From Longimicrobiales bacterium (lineage in GTDB: Bacteria > Gemmatimonadota > Gemmatimonadetes > Longimicrobiales > Gaopeijiaceae): DNA of 64,000 bases. The stretch lies in assembly GCA_965202985.1 (NCBI GenBank), contig CBDBCF010000001.1, positions 1,312,001-1,376,000 on the forward strand, written 5' to 3'. The stretch's first letter is position 1. Every line of letters starts with the position of its first letter. A program made the translations under genes and the position numbers. The notes under the pieces were generated by a model that was given only the letters and a program-made list of their open reading frames with translations, ran no database searches and was not told where the DNA came from. Positions 29,754-38,467 of the stretch are shown here, piece by piece.

Positions 29754-30650
29754 TCACGCCGGGAGCTCCTCGAGGATCGCACGGTAGCTCCGGTGGCGCT
29801 CCGGCCGGATGCGGCCTTCCTTCAAGGCGCGCAGCACGGCGCAGCCGGGTTCGTGGACATGGGTGCAGTCGCGGAAGGCGCAGCCGTCCAAGAACGGCCG
29901 GAACTCGGCGAAGCACCGGTCCAGCTCGCCCGGCCCGACGCACCCCGGGCCGACCGCGGTGAAGCCGGGCAGGTCGATCACGTGTCCTCCGCGCGCCAGC
30001 GCCACGAGGCGGCTTGACACGGTCGCGTGGCGCCCCGCCCTGGACCGCTTGCCCACCGTCAGCGTGCGGAGAGCCAGCCCAGGCTCCACCCAGTTGAGCA
30101 GGGACGACTTTCCCACGCCCGAAGGCCCGACCAGCGCCGAAGCCCCCTCCCTCACCATTCGTCGGAACGCCTCCATTCCTTCGCCCGTGACCACGGAGGT
30201 GGTCGTCACCCGGTAGCCGGCGTCGCCGTACAGCGCCCCCAGGGTCTGCGCCGGCTCGGCCGTCCCCGGCAGGTCGATCTTGGTCAGAACCAGCCGCACC
30301 TCCAGCCGGCCCCACTCGCCCATGACCACCATGCGGTCGATCACGTCGCGCGACGGCGACGGGTCCGCCAGCGACGCCACCACGAGCAGCCGGTCCAGGT
30401 TGGCCGCCATGACCTTGACGCGCCGACCGTCGGCCGCCCGTCGGGCCAAGGTGGTCCGCCGGGCGTGGACCGCTTCGATGACGCAGCCGCTGGACTCGCT
30501 CTTCAGGGCCACGCTGTCGCCCACGACCACCCGGTCCTCCGTCCGGCCGCTCTGCTTGAGCCTGCCCCGCAACGACGCCTTCACCACGCCCGAGGACGTG
30601 GCGACCGAATAGACGCCGCCCAGAGCCTCCACGACCCGGCCGGCGGTCAC
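29754..30650 (-). CDS. rsgA: Ribosome small subunit-dependent GTPase A
   Basis: VVGD OB-fold, TKID, GPSGVGKSS, GRHAT, DLPG and Zn site CAFRDCTHVHEPGC. Confidence 0.93.
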   Translation of the reverse strand: MTAGRVVEALGGVYSVATSSGVVKASLRGRLKQSGRTEDRVVVGDSVALKSESSGCVIEAVHARRTTLARRAADGRRVKVMAANLDRLLVVASLADPSPSRDVIDRMVVMGEWGRLEVRLVLTKIDLPGTAEPAQTLGALYGDAGYRVTTTSVVTGEGMEAFRRMVREGASALVGPSGVGKSSLLNWVEPGLALRTLTVGKRSRAGRHATVSSRLVALARGGHVIDLPGFTAVGPGCVGPGELDRCFAEFRPFLDGCAFRDCTHVHEPGCAVLRALKEGRIRPERHRSYRAILEELPA

Positions 30651-30687
30651 GGCCGGCGGGCATCCCGCGTTGGCCGAGCGTCCGGCG

Positions 30688-31581
30688 TCAGGCTGCGAAC
30701 GACCGCAGGGCCTCTCCCTTGTCGCCTTCGCGCAGGCGCCGCAGCGCCCGGTCCCTCAGCTGCCGGATGCGCTCGCGGGTCACGCCCAGATCGTTGCCGA
30801 TCTCTTCCAGGGTGTGCTCTCGCTCGCCCTCCAAGCCGAAGTACATGCGCAGGACCCGGGCGTCCCGCGGGTCCAGGGTAGCCAGCGCGGTGCTGATGGC
30901 TTCGCCCAGCAACCGGTTCTCCACCTCCACCTCGGGCTCGGGCGCCTCCTCGGTGATGAAGCGCTCCACCAGCTGGGAGTCCTCGCTGTCCCCGATGGGG
31001 GCGTCCAGGCGGATCTCGGCGGCGTTGAGCGTCTGGAGCGACTCCACCAGCTCCGGCGTCAGGTGCGCGGCACGGCCCAGTTCGTAGCTGGTGGGCTCGC
31101 GCCCCAGCTCCTGCTTGAGCCGCTCCTTCTCGCGGAAGATGCGGGCCAAGTCCGACGCCCGGTTCAGGGGCACGCGAACCGGGCGCCCGTGGTTCGCCAG
31201 CGACGCCAGGATCGCTTGGCGGATCCACCAAACGGCGTAGCTGATGAACTTGACCCCCTGGTCGGGGTCGAACTTCCGCGCTGCGGTGACCAGCCCCACG
31301 TTCCCCTCCTGGATCAGGTCCGTCAGGGAAACGCCCCGGTTCTGGTACTTCTTGGCCACGCTGATGACGAAGCGGAGGTTGGCCGTGGCCAGGGCTTGGA
31401 TGGCGTCCTCGTCGCCCTGCTGGGCCAGCGCCCCGAGCCTCTTCTCCTCGTCCGGCGTGATGAGTTCGTGGCGGCTCACGTCCCGCAGGTACTGATCCAG
31501 CGCGGTCTGCTCGTCCAAGCTGGCGTCGAAACCCGTGAGCGGATTGACCCGCCTCTTCCTGCCTCGAGTTTGTTTGGCCAT
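30688..31581 (-). CDS. RNA polymerase sigma factor, RpoD/SigA family (second paralog)
   Basis: ANLRFVISVAKKYQNRG, DLIQEGN.GL, KFISYAVWWIRQ and TLEEIG...VTRERIRQL. Confidence 0.93.
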   Translation of the reverse strand: MAKQTRGRKRRVNPLTGFDASLDEQTALDQYLRDVSRHELITPDEEKRLGALAQQGDEDAIQALATANLRFVISVAKKYQNRGVSLTDLIQEGNVGLVTAARKFDPDQGVKFISYAVWWIRQAILASLANHGRPVRVPLNRASDLARIFREKERLKQELGREPTSYELGRAAHLTPELVESLQTLNAAEIRLDAPIGDSEDSQLVERFITEEAPEPEVEVENRLLGEAISTALATLDPRDARVLRMYFGLEGEREHTLEEIGNDLGVTRERIRQLRDRALRRLREGDKGEALRSFAA

Positions 31582-31875
31582 GTTTCACGTCCCGTTTTCT
31601 GGGTTGCGCGCCGGGCGGCTAGCCCGGCTGGGTGGAGCAAGTACAGCCCTAATGAATGGACGGTCCTTGCGCCGCTGTCAATGACTTGGTGGGGCTCCGG
31701 CCTCCGAGGAAGCCCTCGCCGACGGAGTGGTCCCTACTATTAGGTACCCTCGAAAGCCGAAAAGGTTCCAACGCCGACTTCGGAGCGCACCGCGGTTCGG
31801 CGTCTACAACCCCAATACGCCCGGCTCGAAGAGCGCTTTCGGCGGCGAGGCGGCGCGGTCCCTGGTCGTCCATCG

Positions 31876-33159
31876 CTACGCCGCTCCCAGGCGCTCCAAC
31901 AGCCATTCGGGAGCGGCTTCTCGCCGGTCGAAGGTGAACAGGCGGAGAACTCGGGCCGTGCGGTGAAGCTCCTCCGCTAGGCGCGGCAGGTCGATGAGCC
32001 CGGCGATGCCGTCCCGCCCCAGGCGAACCACGCCGCCCCCCGTGTCCACCAACACGTCGAACTGGAACATCGCGTGCTTCACGGGGAAGTCGAGGATCGC
32101 TTCTCCCGGCGCCAGCCCCAGCTCTCGGGCGGCTTCGTCTTCCCATCGGCGCTTCTCCGGCGAGTCGCCGCCCACCCACGCCGGAAGCGAGCACCCCTCC
32201 AGCCGCCATGCCGAGACCTCCACGGCGCGCTTCGGCAAGCGCCGGTTCCGCAGCGCCGGCAGCCATCGGCCGGCCAAGCGGGCCGCCCGCTCGTCGGAAG
32301 AGGCCTTGGCGCGGCGTTCCAGCTCGTGAAGCAGCTCCTCGTCGGTCGGCCCCACCAACTCGGCCGGCGAGAGCAGCTTCGCCTCCACGGCCGTCTCCAC
32401 GATCCGCTTGTAGAGTCCCGTGGCCGACCGCACCGCGTGATGCCAGTACACGGTTCGGAACATCTGGTACTTGGAGAAGAGCAGCGATTCCAGGGCGCTC
32501 AAGGCCTTCGCCCTCAACCCCACTTCCCACGCTCCGGTTTCGGGGTCCCGCAACAACGCCAACCCCTGCAGGAGCCGGTCCACGTCCACCGCGCCGTAGG
32601 GGACGCCGCAGAACCAGGCGTCTCGGCGCAGGTACTCCATCTTGTCCAGGTCCAGGCTGCCGCTGACCAAGCCTCGCAGCGGGGCGGCGCCGCGCCCGCG
32701 GATGATCTCCAACACCATCTCGGCGGCCCCTGGGCCCAGCGGCTCCAGGGCGGTCGCAAGCTCTTCCGACGCGAAGAAGCGGCCCCCTACCTCTTCGTGA
32801 CGGCCGGCGATGCGGTCCGGCTCCAGCTCTTCCAGGGCGTGCGAGAAGGCGTAGTGGCCGATGTCGTGAAGCAGGGCCGCATAGGGGATCAGCCGGGCGT
32901 CGCCCCACGCCGACAAGGGCGAAGGCTGCTTGTCTCGGATGATCCGCAGCGCCTTCGTGGCGAGGTGATAGACGCCCAGGGCGTGGTCGAACCGCGTGTG
33001 CGTGGCCCCCGGATAGACCAAGTGCGCCAAGCCCAGCTGTCGGATGTAGCGAAGCCGCTGAAAGGCCGCTGTGTCCAGAACGGCGGCGGCCACGGGGTCC
33101 ACGCGGATCGTGTTCCACAGGGGGTCGCGGATGACGAGAGATCGTCCATGGTCCAGCAT
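31876..33159 (-). CDS. HD-domain phosphohydrolase (SAMHD1/dNTPase-like)
   Basis: IRDPLW, FQRLRYIRQLG, HTRFDHALG, LLHDIGH, DLDKMEYLRRD and VYWHH. Confidence 0.9.
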   Translation of the reverse strand: MLDHGRSLVIRDPLWNTIRVDPVAAAVLDTAAFQRLRYIRQLGLAHLVYPGATHTRFDHALGVYHLATKALRIIRDKQPSPLSAWGDARLIPYAALLHDIGHYAFSHALEELEPDRIAGRHEEVGGRFFASEELATALEPLGPGAAEMVLEIIRGRGAAPLRGLVSGSLDLDKMEYLRRDAWFCGVPYGAVDVDRLLQGLALLRDPETGAWEVGLRAKALSALESLLFSKYQMFRTVYWHHAVRSATGLYKRIVETAVEAKLLSPAELVGPTDEELLHELERRAKASSDERAARLAGRWLPALRNRRLPKRAVEVSAWRLEGCSLPAWVGGDSPEKRRWEDEAARELGLAPGEAILDFPVKHAMFQFDVLVDTGGGVVRLGRDGIAGLIDLPRLAEELHRTARVLRLFTFDRREAAPEWLLERLGAA

Positions 33160-33255
33160 GGAGCGCCAACGTAGTTGCGTTGGGCGGACGCCGGCAAGCA
33201 GGACCGCCGAGCAGCGTTGACGGATACCGAACAAAATACGAATATCGTAGGCGTC

Positions 33256-34353
33256 ATGACGGAACACCCTTTACGGGCGCGAGTTCGGACACGCGCCGAA
33301 GACAGGCCCGGCGTCTACCGTTGGATCGCGGGCGACGGACGCGTGCTCTACGTGGGCAAGTCGGTCCGCGTGCGGTCGCGGCTTCTGTCCTACTTTCGAG
33401 CGCGCGGCGGCAAACTGGAGCGGCTTGTGCGGCAAGCCCGAGGCGTGGTGTGGAACTATGTCCCGAACGAGTTCTCGGCCCTCTGGCAGGAGATGCGGCT
33501 CATCCGCCGGTGGAGACCGGAATTCAACGTGGAGCACAAGCGCGGACGGCGGTACGGCTTCGTGAAGATCACGCGGGAGCCGGCTCCGCGATTGCTCTCC
33601 GCGACAGGCCTCTCGGACGACGGGGCGCTGTACTACGGCCCGTTCGCGCGAGCGAGCTGGCTTTCCCAAGCCGTCCGAGACCTTGCCCACGCGATAGGAC
33701 TGCGGGACTGTCCGGGCCGCACGCCCGTGCACTTCGGGGACCAACGGGAGCTCTTCGGCGGCCGGCGGACTCCTCTTTGCGCCCGGGCCGACCTTGGTAC
33801 CTGCCCGGCGCCCTGCGCGGGCCGCGGCTCCCGCGCGGACTACGACCGGCGCGTGGCCACGGCCCGGGCCTTCCTCGAGGCTCGCAGTCGACAGCCGTTG
33901 GAGGAGCTTGCCCGTTCGATGGAAGACGTGTCCGTACGCTCGGACTTCGAGTACGCCGCAGAGCTTCGGGCGCGCTTGGCCAGGCTCCGAAAGCTCCGCA
34001 GCCACCTCTTGGCGTTCCGCGGTCGGCTCCAGGCCATGAACTTGGTCTACCCGGTGGCGGGCTACGGGGGCGAGGACCACGTCTATATCATCCGCCGAGG
34101 CCGCCTTCACAGCGAGTGGCCCGCGCCCGCCGGCGAGGCGGCCCGGCGACGCTTGGCCGGCATCGTGAGTCGGACCTTCCGACCCGCGTTCGACGACCGG
34201 CACGCCGCCATGAGCGCCGCTGCCGCCTCGGAGGTGCTCTTGGCGGCTGCTTGGTTCGCCCGACACCCCGAGGAACGCCAGCGGGCCTTGGATCCGCGCG
34301 AGTGGCTGGCCCGAAACGGTACGCACCCTCCCCCGCCCCGACGTATCTTGTAG
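33256..34353 (+). CDS. UvrC/Cho-like GIY-YIG nuclease with UVR domain
   Basis: PGVY...LYVGKS..VRSRLLSYF, E..LI....P.FN, YYGPF, Cys cluster (C...C.APC) and FEYAAELR. Confidence 0.85.
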   Translation: MTEHPLRARVRTRAEDRPGVYRWIAGDGRVLYVGKSVRVRSRLLSYFRARGGKLERLVRQARGVVWNYVPNEFSALWQEMRLIRRWRPEFNVEHKRGRRYGFVKITREPAPRLLSATGLSDDGALYYGPFARASWLSQAVRDLAHAIGLRDCPGRTPVHFGDQRELFGGRRTPLCARADLGTCPAPCAGRGSRADYDRRVATARAFLEARSRQPLEELARSMEDVSVRSDFEYAAELRARLARLRKLRSHLLAFRGRLQAMNLVYPVAGYGGEDHVYIIRRGRLHSEWPAPAGEAARRRLAGIVSRTFRPAFDDRHAAMSAAAASEVLLAAAWFARHPEERQRALDPREWLARNGTHPPPPRRIL

Positions 34354-34439
34354 ACGCTCCGCACGAGGACCCGCCCTGCCGAGCTCCCAAGCGACCGCCC
34401 CGGGGGAGACGCACCCGGCGCACCAAAGGAGGAACTGCC

Positions 34440-35147
34440 GTGAATCTCTCGACCGATTTCAACGTGTGGACCCTCGTGTCCGTGCTGCTGAGTGCCACTG
34501 GACTCTATTTGGCGATGAAGTGGGAGAGGCGCCGCGAGCTGGACAAGCGCTTCGACAAGGCCGAACAACGCGCCAACGAACGCTTCGAGAAGATGGACGA
34601 ACGCTTCGACAAGGCCGAACAACGCGCCAACGAACGCTTCGAGAAGGTGGACGAACGCTTCGACAAGGCCGAACAACGCGCCAACGAACGCTTCGAGAAG
34701 GTGGACGAACGCTTCGACAAGGCCGAACAACGTGCCAACCAGCGCTTCGAGAAGGTGGACGAGGGCCTTGACAAGACCGAGCAACACGCCGACGAACGCT
34801 TCGACAAGGTGGACCAACGCTTCGACAAGGTGGCCACGAAGGACTGGGTTGCCGGACAGTTCGCCCAAGCCAACGACCGGATCGACGAGGTGGGAAATCG
34901 GGTCGACCGGGCAGACGGCCGGATGCGCGAGGGGCTAAGGGACGTGACGGCGTCCGTAGCCGCCCTGGGCGTCAAGGTTTCCGACCTGCAGGCCGAGGTC
35001 CGGGCCGTGAGTACGAAGCTCGACGAACGCACCTACAGGAGCGGGGTGTTGGTCCCCGAGGCCACGGTGCGCGAACCCGCCTCCGAGTATCGCGGGGACG
35101 AGCGGGTCGAGAAGAAGGACGGCGAGGACGAAGGCGCTACTTCTTGA
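34440..35147 (+). CDS. Membrane-anchored tandem-repeat coiled-coil protein (18-aa repeats)
   Basis: AAAGGAGG RBS and GTG; N-terminal TM helix; RFDKAEQRANERFEKVDE-type units x5. Confidence 0.75.
   Translation: MNLSTDFNVWTLVSVLLSATGLYLAMKWERRRELDKRFDKAEQRANERFEKMDERFDKAEQRANERFEKVDERFDKAEQRANERFEKVDERFDKAEQRANQRFEKVDEGLDKTEQHADERFDKVDQRFDKVATKDWVAGQFAQANDRIDEVGNRVDRADGRMREGLRDVTASVAALGVKVSDLQAEVRAVSTKLDERTYRSGVLVPEATVREPASEYRGDERVEKKDGEDEGATS
34548..34832 (+). repeat. Coding tandem repeat, about 5 x 54 bp
   Basis: Near-identical units of CGCTTCGACAAGGCCGAACAACGCGCCAACGAACGCTTCGAGAAGGTGGACGAA. Confidence 0.92.
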
Positions 35148-35730
35148 CGGCGGTCCACCGCATGGCGGGGATCGGTTCGCCGCGGGCGCACGACTCGACC
35201 AGGACGGCCAGTCGTCGGCGTCGAGTCTCTTCGCGCTTTGCGCTCACGACCCACCACGCCACCTGTTTTCGGTAAGACGGGCGCGCGGCCTGGAAGTAGC
35301 GCCAAGCGGCGGGGTCGGCGCGGATTTCGGCCTCGTATGGGGGCGGCAGGCTCACGTCCGCCTGCTCGTAGGACGCCTGCCTCTCCTTGGCGCGGTTCCG
35401 GTCTCGGTAGGCCGCCAGCCCGGCTTCCGCCACTTGTCCCGCCGCCAGCAGCTCGGCCATCCGAGCCAAGTTGCGTGCGCTCCAGTGGCTGTCGCGCCGG
35501 CGCGGCGTGAATCGGATTTGGTAGCGCCGGTCGTCGATGGACTTGCGGATGCCGTCGATCCAGCCGAAGCAGAGCGCCACGTCCACGGACTCCGGCCAAG
35601 TAATGCTGGGCACGCCGGACCCCACCTTGTAGTAGCCCACCCACTGCTCCGCCAGCTTGTCGTGCCGCGTCTCCAGCCAAGCCCGGAACTGGACCGGGCC
35701 GGCGAAGAAGAGCGGCTCGCCCGAGGTCAC
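35137..35730 (-). CDS. YdeI/OmpD-associated family protein
   Basis: FRAWL, ALCFGWIDG, RFTPRR..S.WS..N and SAKREETRRRRL; GTGA overlap. Confidence 0.88.
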   Translation of the reverse strand: MTSGEPLFFAGPVQFRAWLETRHDKLAEQWVGYYKVGSGVPSITWPESVDVALCFGWIDGIRKSIDDRRYQIRFTPRRRDSHWSARNLARMAELLAAGQVAEAGLAAYRDRNRAKERQASYEQADVSLPPPYEAEIRADPAAWRYFQAARPSYRKQVAWWVVSAKREETRRRRLAVLVESCARGEPIPAMRWTAVKK

Positions 35731-38204
35731 GAAGCGGGCATCAGCGTCCACCGTTCCGCCGCGACCGATTCCACCCGCTCGCGCGAGTAGAAGACGGGGA
35801 AGTAGCGGTCGGCGGCCCACAGGTCGAAGAGGTTGTCGTAGAAGGGCGAATCCGGGACGCCGGACTGGCCGGGCGTGTTGGCGCCCAGGGTCCGGTCCCA
35901 GTCGCCGGTGTCCACGATGATCCGGAACGACGCGCCCGAAGTTTGATTGTCGCTGCTGCCCGTGTTGTTGAGCGTGTAGCTGTTCCCGCCCCTGGGCGCG
36001 GGGCCGACGCTGAGTCGCGCCGCCAAGTCGTCCGACACGACCTCGGAGAGCGGATGACGAATGGTGGCGTGCTTGTAGGCGGCTTGCCCGTAGCGCCAGC
36101 CCTCCATGTCGCCGCCGAGCTTGGCCTCCAATTCCTGCACGGCTTCTTCCAGACTGCGGACCAGGACTTGGTCGCGACCGACCACGGGATCGACGCCGAA
36201 TTCGCCTCCCGGCGCCTGCAAACGGCGCACCACCTTGACCATCGCCATGCTCCGCAGGAAGTCTCGGGTCGCCGGAGGCGCGACCAGGGCATGCACGTTG
36301 CGTCGCAGGCGGGCCTCGAAGGCCGCGTAGATGCCCGCCGCGACCGATTCCGGCGCCAGCACGTAGTCCCACCCCAGCAGCATCCGCCGAGCTTCTTCGA
36401 CTTGGGCGACATCGGACGAGACGTGCCGCAGCAGGGGAACCAAGGTTCGCGCAGGCATGGACAGGTAGTCGGTCTGCAACGCCGCCATGTCCGCCATCGA
36501 GTGGCGGCGGCCGGAGCCCAGCACCTCCGACGCTCGGGCCCACCGGTAGGGGTCCGACCACTCCCAGCCGATGGCGTCTCGGTGGGGGTAGTCCGGCGGC
36601 GTCAGGTGGTTGTTGGCGGTGACGAAGAAGCCCTCGGGCGGGTTCAGTACGCTGGGCTTGGCCGGGATCGGCAGGTAGCCGTCCCACTCGTACCGCCCGT
36701 CGCCGGGAACCGGCACCAAGCCGGACCAATTCCGTCGCATGGGCGCAATCCCCACGGCCTGCCATCCGATGTTTCCGTCGCGGTCGGCCCAGACCATGTT
36801 CTCGCCCGGGATGTTGGACCAGCTGCACGCCTCCACGAACTCTTCCCACGTCTTGGCCTGGTCCATGCGAAGGCTGGCCAGGTAGGGAGCGCCGCCGGGC
36901 TCCAGCCACGCCGCGCGGACCGCATAGGCCACGTGGTTTTCCGGGTCCTCGTGGACCACTGGGCCGTGGCGCGTGTACTTGAGCTCGGCTCGGTGCGGCG
37001 CCTCGCCCTTCACCGGGATCTCCTCGACGATCACCGTCATCTCTTCCCATGCGTCCCGGTACCGGTAGCGGTTGGGGTCGGCCGGATCGGTGCGGTAGAC
37101 GTACAGGTCCTCGCCGTCTGTCCTGAACACCGTGAGGCCCCAAGCTCCGTGCCCGTTGTGGCCGATGCTCACGCCCGGTATCTCCGGCTCGCCCCCGCCG
37201 ATCACGTTCCACCCCGGCCCCACCAAGTGCACCCAGTACCGCAGCGAGGGGGCCGACTGGGCGCGGTGCGGGTCGTTGGCCATCATGGGGAAGCCGCTCT
37301 CCGAGAGGCGTCCGCCCACGATCCAGTTGTTGGACCCCGTGCTCTCGCGGTCCGCGTTTCGCCACGGGTGGACATTCGAGCCGGCGGCGGCGTCCAGCAA
37401 CAACCGAGCCGGGCCGCTTCTTCGATGCTCCGGCATCAAGTGGTCGGGTCGGAAGCGGATCGGCCGCCGGAACGCGTTGTACAGCCGGAGGATGTCGGCC
37501 CCCAGCAGGCTGCCGTCGATCGCCGGGTCCAGGTCGATCTCCGGGTCGCCCGGGTGGAAGTTCGCGACTCGCTTGACGGCATCGCTGCCCGCGGCGGCGA
37601 CCGCCCGGCCGTAGTTCAGCTCGGCGCCGATGTTTCCCAGCAGTCCCTGGTGGCGGGAGATCACGACTTCAGGGGTCCATCGCTTGGGACGGATGCCGAG
37701 GAGGCCGAACTCGACGGGCAACAGCGACGGGTCGGCCTCGGTCCGGGCGATCCACGCGTTCACGCCGTCCACGTAGGCCGGAATGATCTCCGACCCCCGG
37801 TCGTGGTAGTGGTTCATCTCCTGCGTCATGTCGCCCCGGTACTTGAAGAGGCGGAAACCGACGTCGCGCTCGATCTCCGACGGCCCCAGCATCTCCGCGG
37901 CCGTGCCTGTGGCCTGGGCTCGCCACACCTCGAACTGGAAGAGGCGATCCCGGGCGGCGGCGTAGCCCTGCGCGAAGAAGAGGTCGTACTCGGTCTGCGC
38001 GTAGATGTGGTTGATGCCCCAGCGGTCGCGGACGATCTCGACAGGCACCTGCAGGCCCGGAACCGCGACGATTTGCTGCTCTTGGGCGGGGCGGCCTTGC
38101 TGGGCAGCCGCCTCCGCGACGCCGACTGCCAAGAGAACGACCGCTCCGGCCAGCATCCGGGGCGCGGGTGCCGCAATAAGGCAAGGATCGAAGTTGGTCT
38201 TCAT
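35727..38204 (-). CDS. Penicillin acylase family (Ntn) amidase
   Basis: RDRWGINHIYA, QGY..A.DRL.Q, GSNNW, ANDPH, TANN and PGQSG. Confidence 0.92.
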   Translation of the reverse strand: MKTNFDPCLIAAPAPRMLAGAVVLLAVGVAEAAAQQGRPAQEQQIVAVPGLQVPVEIVRDRWGINHIYAQTEYDLFFAQGYAAARDRLFQFEVWRAQATGTAAEMLGPSEIERDVGFRLFKYRGDMTQEMNHYHDRGSEIIPAYVDGVNAWIARTEADPSLLPVEFGLLGIRPKRWTPEVVISRHQGLLGNIGAELNYGRAVAAAGSDAVKRVANFHPGDPEIDLDPAIDGSLLGADILRLYNAFRRPIRFRPDHLMPEHRRSGPARLLLDAAAGSNVHPWRNADRESTGSNNWIVGGRLSESGFPMMANDPHRAQSAPSLRYWVHLVGPGWNVIGGGEPEIPGVSIGHNGHGAWGLTVFRTDGEDLYVYRTDPADPNRYRYRDAWEEMTVIVEEIPVKGEAPHRAELKYTRHGPVVHEDPENHVAYAVRAAWLEPGGAPYLASLRMDQAKTWEEFVEACSWSNIPGENMVWADRDGNIGWQAVGIAPMRRNWSGLVPVPGDGRYEWDGYLPIPAKPSVLNPPEGFFVTANNHLTPPDYPHRDAIGWEWSDPYRWARASEVLGSGRRHSMADMAALQTDYLSMPARTLVPLLRHVSSDVAQVEEARRMLLGWDYVLAPESVAAGIYAAFEARLRRNVHALVAPPATRDFLRSMAMVKVVRRLQAPGGEFGVDPVVGRDQVLVRSLEEAVQELEAKLGGDMEGWRYGQAAYKHATIRHPLSEVVSDDLAARLSVGPAPRGGNSYTLNNTGSSDNQTSGASFRIIVDTGDWDRTLGANTPGQSGVPDSPFYDNLFDLWAADRYFPVFYSRERVESVAAERWTLMPAS

Positions 38205-38335
38205 GCGGGTCGTTCGCTCCGTGGATGGACGACTTCTTTGGGTGACTTGGCATCAAGGTCAAAGGTGGCACACGGCGGGGCAGTGGCCAAATGGTTGGTG
38301 GTTGCCGGGTGCCGTGGAATCGGATACGTTCAGGC

Positions 38336-38467
38336 ATGATGCACGTCAAGCTGAGCGACGAGCAGTGGGGGCGGATTCGCCACCGCTTCCCCGAGAAGTT
38401 ACGGCACGGCGTGGAGGCGGTGACGTTGGAGGATGTGGCGCGTCGGCGGCTGGCGCTCGGAGGCTAA
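38336..38467 (+). pseudogene. IS5-family transposase N-terminal remnant
   Basis: 43-aa ORF MMHVKLSDEQWGRIRHRFPE... matches the LSDEQW.RI...FP start of IS5 (DUF4096) transposases, then diverges. Confidence 0.55.

Noticed and set aside
34548..34832. Possible CRISPR or DGR repeat
   Set aside because: It is an in-frame coding tandem repeat with no spacers, no reverse transcriptase and no adenine-specific variation.
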